A stretch of 32,000 nucleotides of DNA. It comes from Candidatus Saccharimonadota bacterium. GTDB lineage: Bacteria > Patescibacteriota > Saccharimonadia > Saccharimonadales > UBA4665. The DNA is taken from positions 420,001-452,000 of the forward strand of contig OY970322.1 of NCBI GenBank assembly GCA_963716945.1, read 5' to 3'. Numbering within the stretch: position 1 is the stretch's first letter; each line of letters begins with the position of its first letter. The notes beneath the pieces were generated by a model. The model saw only the letters and a list, made by a program, of their open reading frames with translations. It made no database searches and had not been told where the DNA came from. The position numbers and the translations under genes are program-made. This document shows, in pieces, positions 8,321 to 17,255 of this stretch.

Positions 8321-9058
8321 ATGATTCGTCAATCTGTCGGTGAAGCTAAGCAGCGCGCCCTGGATGTCGGCAGGCTGCCTAAAGGCGGCTTGGCTGCTCC
8401 TATGGCTATGGCGGCTCTCGCAGCCTTAAGCTTTGCCGGCTGCGGCGGTAGCGCTAAGCGGTACGACAGCAAAACCGAAGCCTCGCTAGAGAGAACAATC
8501 CGGCCCACCATGGTAGCAATAGCTAAAAAAGCCATCAAGTTGCAGGCACGCTACCCTCAAGAGGTTTCTATCACGCGGGTGGGCAAGGGGCTGGTTGCCA
8601 TTAATGCCAATCCTTTTGCCGACGCTTATGGCAGATCGGGAGATATTCAGGTAGTCGTCGGTACGCAACCGCGGAACAGCCAACCTAACCCTGACGCCGT
8701 GATAGCCGTCTCCTTGGACACATTTGACAATCCTCCAAAAGGCGAGGGAGTACCTGGCAGCACCGGCCTGGCAATGACTTCACCGGCGGGCGGCCGGCAT
8801 GGCTATGGCGGTGTCGCTTCTCCTAACGATCACCCTGACGGCTGGTCAGCGCAAGAGGTAGGAGAAACGAGTTTGAGTGGTCCTGCTTCCAATGGTTTTG
8901 CCTTCGATTCCTCGGACTCTGATCTATTTGTAGCCGATCCCAATGATCCTACCAAGTCAGCCGGCCCGGTCGCTACGGCTCGGACTGTCGTGCAGGACGC
9001 CCTCGGTCTTTATGATAGTGTCAGTACTGTAATAGCCGAAGAAGCCGGTCAATACTAG
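8321..9058 (+). CDS. Putative lipoprotein, 245 aa, no family recognised
   Basis: Hydrophobic stretch MAMAALAALSFAG followed by Cys (lipobox-like FAGC). T-ending codons (cct, gct, ggt, gat) contrast with the C-ending codons of neighbouring core genes. Confidence 0.65.
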   Translation: MIRQSVGEAKQRALDVGRLPKGGLAAPMAMAALAALSFAGCGGSAKRYDSKTEASLERTIRPTMVAIAKKAIKLQARYPQEVSITRVGKGLVAINANPFADAYGRSGDIQVVVGTQPRNSQPNPDAVIAVSLDTFDNPPKGEGVPGSTGLAMTSPAGGRHGYGGVASPNDHPDGWSAQEVGETSLSGPASNGFAFDSSDSDLFVADPNDPTKSAGPVATARTVVQDALGLYDSVSTVIAEEAGQY

Positions 9059-10992
9059 AGTAAGTCCATCGGGTCCAGGTCATAAGCGCAGTTGGCCGGC
9101 AGGGCGGCGATTATTTTTAGCAGTTCGGAGCGCTGGCGGGCTTTGACTATGAGCTGCCACTGGTATTTGTTCTGGAAACGTTCGTAAAAAGCCGGGGCCG
9201 GCCCTTCGACCCGGACGTGGTAGCCGGTCTCTTCTATATCCGATTTTAGTTTGTCGGCGGCCTCTTCGGCGGCTTTGATCGAGGCTCGCCGGACGGACAG
9301 TTTAAGCAAATAGCAGAACGGCGGGAAGAGGAATTGCCGGCGCTCGGCCAGTTCCCGGTCGTAAAAACTCCTGTAGTCGCCCTTCAGCGCGTCAGCCAGG
9401 ACGGGATGGTCGGGATGGTAGGTTTGGATGATGGCCCGGCCGGCGATATGCCCGCGGCCGATCCGCCCCAGCACCTGGCTAATCAGTTGGAACGTCCGCT
9501 CCTGGGCGGAGAAATCGGGCATGTACAGGCTGGTGTCGGCCAGCAGCACGCCCAGGGTGCTGAGGCGGGGCAGGTCCAGGCCTTTGGCCAGCATCTGGGT
9601 GCCAACCAGGATGTCGACTTCGCCGCCGCGCACCGCTTCATAGTGTTCTTCAAAGCGTTCCGCCTTGAGGTTATCGGTGTCGAACCGGGCTACCCGGGCT
9701 TGAGGGAAGAGCCGTTTGGCCTCTTCGACGATCGCCTTGGTGCCGGCCGTTTTGAAAATGACGCTCGGGTGGCCGCAGGCCGGGCAGCTGCCGGGGGCCG
9801 GTTCATGGTGGTCGCAGCTGTGGCAGCGCAGCTCGTGGTGGTCGCCGTGGTAGGTCAGCGGCAGGTCGCAATGCGGGCAGGTCGCCTGCCAGCCGCAGTT
9901 TTCGCACATCACCAGCCGGGCAGTGCCGCGGCGGTTAAGGTAGAGCAGGGCCTGTTCGCCGCGGGCCAGGGCGCCTTCCAGGGCTTTGACCAGGGGCAGG
10001 CTCATCGACGGCGACTTGCCGAATAGGCTGTGGTCCTTGCGGTCGACCAGGACGACTTCGGTTGCGGCGTGCGGTTGGCTTTGGGCCAGCCGGGCCAGCT
10101 TGATAATCGGCTTCTGCTTAGCCTCGGCCAGGTAATAATCGCTGACCGACGGCGTGGCCGAACCCAATACCAGCGTCGAACGGCTGATCTGGGATAAATA
10201 AGCCGCCACCCGGCCGGTTTGGTACTGGGGCGCCTGCTCCTGCTTGTAAGCGTTCTCATGCGACTCGTCGAGGACTATCAGGCCGGGTTTGGCCAGCGGG
10301 CTGAACAGGGCCGAACGCGGCCCAATGACAACCATCGGTTCGGCGGCGCGCAGGCTGTCGAGCCAGGCTTTTTGGCGCTCGGCCGGGGTTTGCCGGGAAT
10401 GCATAACTATAACCCGGTCGCCGAAGACCTGGCGGAAGTTGCCCCCGAGCTGGGCGGTCAGGCTGATTTCCGGCGTTAGTACGATGGCCGATTTACCGTC
10501 CGCGACCTGGCGGGCGGCCAGTTCGACGTACAGCCTGGTCTTGCCGCTGCCGGTTATGCCGTGCAGCAGGTAGCTGTCGCGCTCGCCCATAGCCTCCAAG
10601 GCTATCTGCTGTTCATCCGTCAGCGTCGGCAAGGAGCTTAGGTCGGGGGCGGCCAGTTTGGGCGGCTTGACCGGGGCCAGCTGTTTATCTGAAAAATGGG
10701 CCGGCAACAGCTGCTGGGTAATCAGCCCCAGCGGGGCGGGGTAGTAAGCCGCCAGCCAGGCGGCCAGCTTCAGGAGGTGGGCCGGCACCGGCGGCAGGTC
10801 AAAAACCCGGGCCACCGGCTTGGTCTTGAAGCGCGGCTCGCTGGTCGGTCCGCTGACCAGGCCCAGGACCAATTCGCGCTGCAGTTCGACTTCGACGACG
10901 CTGCCGGTCGGCAGGCGCCGCTCGCTGGCGTAGGTCAGCGGGTCGCTGCTATGGTAGCGGTTGCTGCGCACCCACACGAAATAATAATTCAT
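9055..10992 (-). CDS. priA: Primosomal protein N' (replication restart helicase PriA)
   Basis: Walker A GITGSGKT, a DESH box, and the Cys-rich zinc-binding insert CENCGWQATCPHCDLPLTYH...CHSC...CPACG. Confidence 0.95.
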   Translation of the reverse strand: MNYYFVWVRSNRYHSSDPLTYASERRLPTGSVVEVELQRELVLGLVSGPTSEPRFKTKPVARVFDLPPVPAHLLKLAAWLAAYYPAPLGLITQQLLPAHFSDKQLAPVKPPKLAAPDLSSLPTLTDEQQIALEAMGERDSYLLHGITGSGKTRLYVELAARQVADGKSAIVLTPEISLTAQLGGNFRQVFGDRVIVMHSRQTPAERQKAWLDSLRAAEPMVVIGPRSALFSPLAKPGLIVLDESHENAYKQEQAPQYQTGRVAAYLSQISRSTLVLGSATPSVSDYYLAEAKQKPIIKLARLAQSQPHAATEVVLVDRKDHSLFGKSPSMSLPLVKALEGALARGEQALLYLNRRGTARLVMCENCGWQATCPHCDLPLTYHGDHHELRCHSCDHHEPAPGSCPACGHPSVIFKTAGTKAIVEEAKRLFPQARVARFDTDNLKAERFEEHYEAVRGGEVDILVGTQMLAKGLDLPRLSTLGVLLADTSLYMPDFSAQERTFQLISQVLGRIGRGHIAGRAIIQTYHPDHPVLADALKGDYRSFYDRELAERRQFLFPPFCYLLKLSVRRASIKAAEEAADKLKSDIEETGYHVRVEGPAPAFYERFQNKYQWQLIVKARQRSELLKIIAALPANCAYDLDPMDLL

Positions 10993-11113
10993 ATACTAAG
11001 TATAGGTTATCGCGGTTTTGCCGCCGCAAAATTATTAAAAAGCTGTTGCCAAAGCCCAAATAGCGAGCTATACTAATTTTAAACCGTTGTTCGGATAACA
11101 ATAAGGGATTTCA

Positions 11114-11416
11114 ATGGGGACGAGCATGTTAGATGTTTTTATAACTTCCAGAGTACGCCGCAAGATCATTGTTATTTATGCAAAGTACCCCGACTTCAAG
11201 ACCCACGTCAGAGGCTTGGCCAAGCTGATCAAAGAGGACGCCGGCAACATCCAGCGCGAACTTAAGCGCCTCGAGAAAGCCGGTTTCCTGACCAGCGAAC
11301 GCCAGGGCAACACCAAAGTCTACTCGACCAACAAGCAGTTCCCGATCTTCCGCGAACTCCAGAGTATCGTGTTGAAATCACAACGTTCAACTCAGCAAAA
11401 GCGCGTTACCGGCTGA
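11114..11416 (+). CDS. Small winged-helix DNA-binding protein (ArsR-like fold), 100 aa
   Basis: HTH-like segment VRGLAKLIKEDAGNIQRELKRLEKAGFLTSERQGNTKVY. SD AAGGGA. The start could instead be ATG 11126. Confidence 0.65.
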   Translation: MGTSMLDVFITSRVRRKIIVIYAKYPDFKTHVRGLAKLIKEDAGNIQRELKRLEKAGFLTSERQGNTKVYSTNKQFPIFRELQSIVLKSQRSTQQKRVTG

Positions 11417-11441
11417 TAATTTAGTTCGGCTGCGTAAAGCC

Positions 11442-11470
11442 TTGCAAATACAACCCCTGTTCTGTACAAT
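11442..11470 (+). promoter_or_regulatory. Promoter of rpsU; near-leaderless
   Basis: TTGCAA-17-TACAAT, then 9 nt to ATG 11480. No SD is present. Confidence 0.6.
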
Positions 11471-11479
11471 AATCAAGTC

Positions 11480-11695
11480 ATGATACAAGTTACCCGCAAA
11501 GATTCCAAAGAGTCCACCGAAAACCTGCTCCGCCGGTTCAACCGGAAAGTGCAGCAGTCCGGTGCGATTGCCGTGGCCAAGCAGAACCAGTTTTTCCAGA
11601 AGCCGATTAGCAAGCCGGAGCGCCGCCGCAAAGCGATTATCCGCCAGGAACGCAAAGCGGCCAAGCTCAAGAAAATCAAGCTCGGACTTCGCTAA
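11480..11695 (+). CDS. rpsU: 30S ribosomal protein S21
   Basis: 71 aa, highly basic. ESTENLLRRFNRKVQQSG...RRRK matches the S21 pattern. Confidence 0.9.
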   Translation: MIQVTRKDSKESTENLLRRFNRKVQQSGAIAVAKQNQFFQKPISKPERRRKAIIRQERKAAKLKKIKLGLR

Positions 11696-11711
11696 ACAGG
11701 ACTTCAATCAA

Positions 11712-12161
11712 ATGTTAGAGCAGAAAATCGAGCAGGATATTAAAGCTGCGCTTTTAGCCGGCGATACCCGGAAGGTCAGCACCCTGCGCGGCCTGAAAGC
11801 CGTGCTGCTCAACGTCAAGGTAGCTACCGGCCAGCGCGACAGCGGCCTGAGCGATGACGAGGTCCTGGCCCAGCTGGGCAAGCAGGCCAAGCAGCGCCAA
11901 GAGAGCGCCGACCTGTACGCCCAAGGCGGCGACCAGGCGCGGGCCGACGCCGAACTGGCCGAGAAAGCCATTATCGAAACTTACTTGCCGGCCCAATTGA
12001 GCGAAGCCGAAATCGGCCAACTGGTCGATGACGCCATAGCCAAGACCGGCGCGGCCGGCCCGCAGGCCATGGGCCAGGTTATCGGCGCCGTCAAACAGCA
12101 GGCCGGCGCTACCGCGGACGGAGCCGTAATCGCCCGTTTGGCCAAGGAGAAGCTGGCATGA
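11712..12161 (+). CDS. GatB/YqeY domain protein
   Basis: MLEQKIEQDIKAALLAGD...LRGLKAVLLN...ETYLP is a typical YqeY. The track ORF start at 11562 is a mirror-frame extension through rpsU. Confidence 0.85.
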   Translation: MLEQKIEQDIKAALLAGDTRKVSTLRGLKAVLLNVKVATGQRDSGLSDDEVLAQLGKQAKQRQESADLYAQGGDQARADAELAEKAIIETYLPAQLSEAEIGQLVDDAIAKTGAAGPQAMGQVIGAVKQQAGATADGAVIARLAKEKLA

Positions 12162-12697
12162 TTTTGCTTATGGGCATCGCCGGTTCGGGCAAGGGTACTC
12201 AGGGCAAGATGCTGGCCGACACCCGCGGTTACCATCTGATTTCGATGGGCGAGGTGCTGCGCATGTACGTTACGGGCAAACAGCGCGAACGGATGCTGGC
12301 CGGCGAGCTGCTGGATGACGACGAGATTATCAAGATCGTCGACCAGGTACTTACGTCACTGCCGGACAGCGAACAGGTCCTGATGGACGGCTTCCCCCGG
12401 ACTATTCCCCAGGCTGAATGGCTGCTCAAGCAGGCCGAAGCCGGCCGCTGGTCGCTCCAGGTAGCCTTCCATCTGGTAGCTTCGCGCGAGGCCGTCAAGA
12501 ACCGCCTGATCAGCCGTGGCCGGATTGACGACAAACAGGATGCCATCGAATACCGCTTCAGCGAATACGAACGCTCGACCAAACCGCTGCTCAGCTGGTT
12601 ATCGGAACACGGCATTAGAGTTATAGACGTTAACGCCGAGCGCTCCGTCGAAGATGTCAACGACGATTTAGTTAAATACCTGGACAAACCGGAATAG
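12158..12697 (+). CDS. adk: Adenylate kinase (short-lid form)
   Basis: P-loop GIAGSGKGTQ. ATGA start/stop overlap with the preceding gene. Confidence 0.85.
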   Translation: MILLMGIAGSGKGTQGKMLADTRGYHLISMGEVLRMYVTGKQRERMLAGELLDDDEIIKIVDQVLTSLPDSEQVLMDGFPRTIPQAEWLLKQAEAGRWSLQVAFHLVASREAVKNRLISRGRIDDKQDAIEYRFSEYERSTKPLLSWLSEHGIRVIDVNAERSVEDVNDDLVKYLDKPE

Positions 12698-12710
12698 GGC
12701 GGCCGAGGCC

Positions 12711-13466
12711 ATGATGACCCGCGTCAAGACCGCCAGCGAAATCGCGGCCATGCGCGACAGCGGCCGGATGCTGGCCACGGTCCTTCAGCTCCTAAAAGCC
12801 AATCTTGAAGTCGGCCAATCGACCAAACAGCTGTCGGACATGGCCGCCGACGAGCTCAAGAAGCTCGGCGGCGAGCCGGCGTTTCTCGGTTACCAGGGCT
12901 TCCCCGACATCATCTGCATATCGGTTAACGAGGAAGTCGTTCATGGCATCCCCAAGGCTGACAAAATCATCGCCGACGGCGACATCGTCAGCCTCGACTT
13001 CGGCGTCAGATACAAATCGATGATTACCGACGCCGCCATCAGCCTGATTGCCGGCCGGCCCAAGCAGCGCGGCCACATCGAGCTGGTCAAACATACCGAA
13101 ACGGCCCTGCTGACCGGCATTAACGCCGTCCATGACCAGGTCAGGACCGGTGATATCGGTTCGGCTATCGAGAATTACCTCAAGAAGTACCGTTACGGCA
13201 TCGTCCGCGACCTGGTCGGCCACGGCGTCGGCCACGAAATTCACGAAGACCCGAATATTCCTAACTACGGCCGGGCCGGCAGCGGCCCCTGGCTGAGTGC
13301 CGGCATGACCATCGCTATCGAACCGATGGTCACGCTCGGCACCGACCGGGTTTATATAGATGATGACGGCTGGACGGTCATAACGGCCGACGGCAAGCGG
13401 TCGGCCCATTTCGAGCACACCATCCTGATTACCGGCGACGGTGCCGAAGTCCTGACCCAAATCTGA
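12711..13466 (+). CDS. map: Methionine aminopeptidase type I
   Basis: Pita-bread fold with metal ligands in the contexts VVHGIP, DFG...D, GHGVG, EP and FEHT. Confidence 0.95.
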   Translation: MMTRVKTASEIAAMRDSGRMLATVLQLLKANLEVGQSTKQLSDMAADELKKLGGEPAFLGYQGFPDIICISVNEEVVHGIPKADKIIADGDIVSLDFGVRYKSMITDAAISLIAGRPKQRGHIELVKHTETALLTGINAVHDQVRTGDIGSAIENYLKKYRYGIVRDLVGHGVGHEIHEDPNIPNYGRAGSGPWLSAGMTIAIEPMVTLGTDRVYIDDDGWTVITADGKRSAHFEHTILITGDGAEVLTQI

Positions 13467-13493
13467 ATTTAGGCCGGCCTAATAGCGTCAAGC

Positions 13494-13523
13494 TTGCCCT
13501 TGGGGAAACAATAGCGCTATACT
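13494..13523 (+). promoter_or_regulatory. Promoter of ftsA
   Basis: TTGCCC-18-TATACT. The -10 box ends at 13523, so the GTG at 13524 cannot be on the transcript. ATG 13533 lies ~3 nt from the predicted start site. Confidence 0.5.
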
Positions 13524-13532
13524 GTGGGCCAG

Positions 13533-14762
13533 ATGAACGGTTCAAACCAAGATTACTTCATAGGCATCGATATCGGCACCAGTACTGTTCGCTGCGTTGT
13601 CGGTATGTATGACCCCAACGGCAGCAACATGCCTTCCATAATCGGCCACGGCCAGGCGCCCAACCAGGGCATGCGCCGCGGCGCGGTCGTCCACGTCGAC
13701 GAGGTCGCCGACGCCATCGTGCACGCCGTTACCGAAGCCGAACGGATTTCCGGCATGTCGATCAAGCGGGCGACGGTTAACGTTAACGGCGCCCATGTCA
13801 GTGGCCTCAATTCCGAAGGCGTTATCGCTATCAGCGCCGCCAACCGCGAAATTACCACCGAGGACCGTTTGCGGGTCGAAGAAGCCGCTACCATCGTCAG
13901 CCTGCCGCCGAACCGCGAGATCGTCCAGTTCTTCGCCAAGAACTACAGCCTCGACGGCCAGCGCAATATCAAGGACCCGGTCGGCATGCACGGCGTCCGC
14001 CTGGAAGTCGACGCCCATATCGTCACGGCCTCTTCGCCCAATTTGCGCAACCTTGACCAGGCGCTCGAGAAGGCCGAGATCATGCCGACCCACCACACCG
14101 TTTCCGGCCTGGCGGCGGCCGAAGCCGTTATGACACGCCAGCAAAAAGAAGCCGGTACCGCCCTGATCGACATCGGCGCCGGCACGACCAACCTGATCGT
14201 TTTCGAGGACGGCGAAGTCCAGTACGTGTCCGTCCTGCCGATCGGCGGCCAGCATATCACCAACGACCTGGCTATCGGCCTCAAGACCGACCTTGATATC
14301 GCCGAAGCCGTCAAACTGGAACACGCCAGCCTGCGCAGCGGTGCCAAGAAAACCACCGCCACCGTCAAAATCGGCAACAAGACCCACAACTTCGACTTCG
14401 AAGAAATCTCGATGATCGTCGAAGCCCGGGCCGAAGAGCTCCTGGAATACGTCGACAAAGAGCTGCAGAAGATCAAGCGTTCGCGCAAACTCCCCGGCGG
14501 CATCGTCCTGACCGGCGGCACCTCCAAACTGCCCGGCATCGACGAACTGGCCCGCGAAAAGCTCCAGCTGCCGGCCCGCATCGGCAAGCTCCACAACATC
14601 GGCGGCCTGGTCGACACCGTCGAAGACCAGGCATTCGTCACGGTCGTCGGCCTGATGCTGCTCGATATGCTGCTGTTGCCGAACCTGCCGCCGGGCGCCG
14701 GCAACAAAACCGAAAATGCCCGCGCTTTCTTAGACGGCATGTTCCACCGTTTCCGCCGCTAG
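13533..14762 (+). CDS. ftsA: Cell division protein FtsA
   Basis: Actin-like ATPase motifs IGIDIGTSTVRCVVG and DIGAGTTN...GG. The start is moved from GTG 13524 to ATG 13533 because of the promoter position. Confidence 0.9.
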   Translation: MNGSNQDYFIGIDIGTSTVRCVVGMYDPNGSNMPSIIGHGQAPNQGMRRGAVVHVDEVADAIVHAVTEAERISGMSIKRATVNVNGAHVSGLNSEGVIAISAANREITTEDRLRVEEAATIVSLPPNREIVQFFAKNYSLDGQRNIKDPVGMHGVRLEVDAHIVTASSPNLRNLDQALEKAEIMPTHHTVSGLAAAEAVMTRQQKEAGTALIDIGAGTTNLIVFEDGEVQYVSVLPIGGQHITNDLAIGLKTDLDIAEAVKLEHASLRSGAKKTTATVKIGNKTHNFDFEEISMIVEARAEELLEYVDKELQKIKRSRKLPGGIVLTGGTSKLPGIDELAREKLQLPARIGKLHNIGGLVDTVEDQAFVTVVGLMLLDMLLLPNLPPGAGNKTENARAFLDGMFHRFRR

Positions 14763-14765
14763 AAC

Positions 14766-15434
14766 TTATCTTTGCTGGGCTATGCCAGCTGGGCCGTCAA
14801 TATTATCGAGTTGCCGAAGGTACGGGCCCATCTGCAGCCGCTGGGTTTCGAGAACGCTGCCCGCCACTAAGCAGAGAGCAAATATTCCCGCGGGGGCACC
14901 TAGCACATCCGTACCATTACTGGCTACGACCGGGCCAATCTTACCGCTCTCAAGGTTTTCATGAACTTTGACCAAAGCTCCGGCCATAGCGCCGCCGCCG
15001 AATGAGCCGAGCTGTTGCAAGAACAAGGCGTAGGGTACATTAGCCGACCGGGGGCTAAAGCTCGTAGGGCCTTCTAAGACTTTGGCTTGGGGGTCGCGCC
15101 TTGATTTAACAGATAACCGGCCGTCTTTTACCACCAATTCTTCACGTACCATGGGTGAGCGGTCGTCAGGCTTCGTAGCCCTGTAGTCACTTATAAGGCC
15201 GTTTATACTGGCACGCGCCCGTTTGCGGGTTACGAAAGCTGACGCTATGCCTGGTATGGAAACAGCGCTCCACCCCAGTTTTTCTGACTCCATAGCACCA
15301 AATAGCGACACGCTGGCTATAACAGCGGATACCCGGGCAACCCTATTGGCGCGGCGTAAGTTTGCCCTAATACCATTTTCGACATTCGCGCGCTCCGCTA
15401 AGACGGGCCGCTTAGGCCGGCTAACTCTACTCAT
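14766..15434 (-). CDS. Hypothetical membrane protein, 222 aa, antisense between ftsA and ftsZ
   Basis: Basic N-terminus followed by hydrophobic segments (VSAVIASVSLFGAM, GIFALCLVAGSVL). A perfect consensus promoter lies 8 nt upstream of the ATG. A/T-ending codons (tta, ata, gta, agt, agg) are atypical for the window. Confidence 0.65.
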   Translation of the reverse strand: MSRVSRPKRPVLAERANVENGIRANLRRANRVARVSAVIASVSLFGAMESEKLGWSAVSIPGIASAFVTRKRARASINGLISDYRATKPDDRSPMVREELVVKDGRLSVKSRRDPQAKVLEGPTSFSPRSANVPYALFLQQLGSFGGGAMAGALVKVHENLESGKIGPVVASNGTDVLGAPAGIFALCLVAGSVLETQRLQMGPYLRQLDNIDGPAGIAQQR

Positions 15435-15442
15435 AATAGCAG

Positions 15443-15471
15443 ATTATAACAAGTAATACAGTATTTGTCAA
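15443..15471 (-). promoter_or_regulatory. Perfect consensus sigma70 promoter; leaderless transcript for CDS 14766-15434
   Basis: - strand TTGACA (15471-15466), 17-nt spacer, TATAAT (15448-15443), then 8 nt (CTGCTATT), then ATG 15434. Confidence 0.75.
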
Positions 15472-15593
15472 AGGCAGACTCTCTGAATTATTAGGCCAGA
15501 GCCGGTGTTGAATACAAAATTCAAACCGGCGCGTACATAAATGAACTACTGGCCCGCCGCCCAAAATACTCGAAAAACGCCCGGATAAATTTG

Positions 15594-15622
15594 TTGAACT
15601 TTCAGGGGAGCTGGCGTATACT
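15594..15622 (+). promoter_or_regulatory. Promoter of ftsZ
   Basis: TTGAAC-17-TATACT. SD GAGGGGA lies before ATG 15664. Confidence 0.6.
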
Positions 15623-15663
15623 ACGGCGTATATCAGGTAGGTTTTGAGGGAAAGAGGGGATAC

Positions 15664-17067
15664 ATGCCACAAGTAGTTGAGCCAGCTATCGAGACATTCG
15701 CGCAGATCAAGGTAATCGGCGTCGGCGGCGCCGGCGGCGCCGCTATCAACCGCATGGTTGACGCCGGTATCGAGAACGTCGAGTTTATCGCTGTCAATAC
15801 TGACGCCCAAGCCTTGCACCACTCCCGGGCTAACAAGAAGATCCACATCGGCAAAGAAGCCACCCGCGGCCTCGGCGCCGGCGCCGACCCGGCTGCCGGT
15901 GAACGGGCTGCCGAAGAATCCAAGGAAGATATCCGCCAGGCTATCGAAGGCGCCGATATGGTCTTCGTCACGATTGGCGCCGGCGGCGGTACCGGCAGCG
16001 GCGGCGGCCATGTGGTCGCTAGGATTGCCAGCGAAATGGGCATTCTGGTGGTCGGTTTCGCGACCAAACCCTTCGCTTTCGAAGGCGAGAAGCGCCGCAA
16101 GAACGCCGAAGTCGCCATCGACAAGCTGCGCGGCTCGGTCGACACTTTGATCATCATTCCCAACGACCGCTTGCTTCAGACCATCGACCGCGACACGCCG
16201 CTGACCGAAGCCTTCAAAGTCGCCGACGATGTTCTGCGCCAGGGCGTTCAGGGCATTTCCGACCTCATCACCGTCCACGGACTGATTAACCTCGACTTTG
16301 CCGATGTCAAAGCCGTCATGAGCAAAGCCGGTTCGGCCCTGATGGGTATCGGCCGCGCTTCCGGCGAAAACCGGGCCGTCACGGCCGCCCAGCAGGCCAT
16401 CGAGTCGCCGTTGCTGGAAGTCTCCATCGACGGTGCCCGCGGCATCCTCTTCAATGTCATCGGCGGCAACGACCTGGCGATGCACGAAATCAACGCCGCC
16501 GCCGAAGCTATCACGACGGCCGCCGACCCCGATGCCAACATTATATTCGGCGCGACGATCAACCCGGAATTGGACGGCGAGGTCATTATTACCGTCGTCG
16601 CCACCGGTTTCGACGCCTCTTACTTCGCCAAGCGGACCGGCGAGTCCGGCAGTTCGGCCGCCGCCCGGCCCAAGGCCGTGCCCTCGCTGGACAACGACAC
16701 TAGCGTAACTACCGCCAAGCAGGACGAGAAAGCTCTTGCCGAAATCGACATGAACCTGGACGACGGCCAAGCCGCCGAACATGACTTCACCCGCGAAACG
16801 CCGATGCCCAACATCTGGTCTATCAATGACGATGAGGACGAGGAGTCTGACGACAAAGCCAAACCGTCCGGCAGCCCGGACAAAGATGACGCCGAGGACA
16901 CCAACGGTGAGCGCGACGCCCACGGCGAAGTCGTTACCAGCAGCCTCGAAGACGAATTAGAGAAACCGTCATTCCTGCGCCGCCTCGGCCGCCGCCACAA
17001 AGATGACGCCGATAAGGACAAAGACGACGACAAAGATTCGGATTCGGACTCGGACAGCAAATCTTAG
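15664..17067 (+). CDS. ftsZ: Cell division protein FtsZ with a long acidic linker and an extended acidic C-terminal tail
   Basis: Tubulin signature [15 protein letters not shown], and a C-terminal conserved peptide (LEKPSFLRR). Confidence 0.95.
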   Translation: MPQVVEPAIETFAQIKVIGVGGAGGAAINRMVDAGIENVEFIAVNTDAQALHHSRANKKIHIGKEATRGLGAGADPAAGERAAEESKEDIRQAIEGADMVFVTIGAGGGTGSGGGHVVARIASEMGILVVGFATKPFAFEGEKRRKNAEVAIDKLRGSVDTLIIIPNDRLLQTIDRDTPLTEAFKVADDVLRQGVQGISDLITVHGLINLDFADVKAVMSKAGSALMGIGRASGENRAVTAAQQAIESPLLEVSIDGARGILFNVIGGNDLAMHEINAAAEAITTAADPDANIIFGATINPELDGEVIITVVATGFDASYFAKRTGESGSSAAARPKAVPSLDNDTSVTTAKQDEKALAEIDMNLDDGQAAEHDFTRETPMPNIWSINDDEDEESDDKAKPSGSPDKDDAEDTNGERDAHGEVVTSSLEDELEKPSFLRRLGRRHKDDADKDKDDDKDSDSDSDSKS

Positions 17068-17159
17068 AATATTCCGTCCGGAACGCCGCTCCGCGGTACT
17101 TCGCCTACGGCTCGTACGCTCCAGGGATTAGCGCTCCGGAACGGAATATCCTAAGATTT
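17059..17159. repeat. Imperfect ~28-bp inverted repeat separated by 44 bp, overlapping the ftsZ stop codon
   Basis: Left arm AAATCTTAGAATATTCCGTCCGGAACGC (17059-17086). Right arm GCGCTCCGGAACGGAATATCCTAAGATTT (17131-17159). The spacer contains CGCTCC twice and a third copy lies in the right arm (17132-17137). No U tract follows. Confidence 0.7.
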
Positions 17160-17200
17160 ACACCTAAAAGTACGTACTAAATAATACAGCGATAAATGGC

Positions 17201-17255
17201 TTGCAAAGCACTATACATGGGGGTATATTAGAGACACGCAGCACTATATGTGGAA
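17201..17255 (+). promoter_or_regulatory. nrdR-nrdJ promoter overlapped by two tandem NrdR boxes
   Basis: TTGCAA (17201-17206), 17-nt spacer, TATATT (17224-17229). Box 1 GCACTATACATGG (17208-17220) lies in the spacer. Box 2 GCACTATATGTGG (17241-17253) lies at about +5. The boxes are offset by 33 bp. Both resemble the NrdR-box palindrome acaCwAtATaTwGtgt. Confidence 0.7.

Noticed and set aside
13469-13482. Perfect 14-bp palindrome TTAGGCCGGCCTAA after map, and the GCCGGCCGGCCGGC palindrome at 2901-2914
   Set aside because: Both are short, GC-rich and single-copy. As RNA they form only a 5-bp stem with no U tract. They may be weak terminators or protein sites, but there is nothing to support a call.
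13542-16923. Antisense ORFs opposite ftsA (13542-14594, 13943-14740) and ftsZ (15427-16923, 498 aa)
   Set aside because: Same reasoning as above: they are mirror frames of strongly supported genes. The 498-aa ORF is Gly/Val/Asp/Ala-rich with no recognisable domain.
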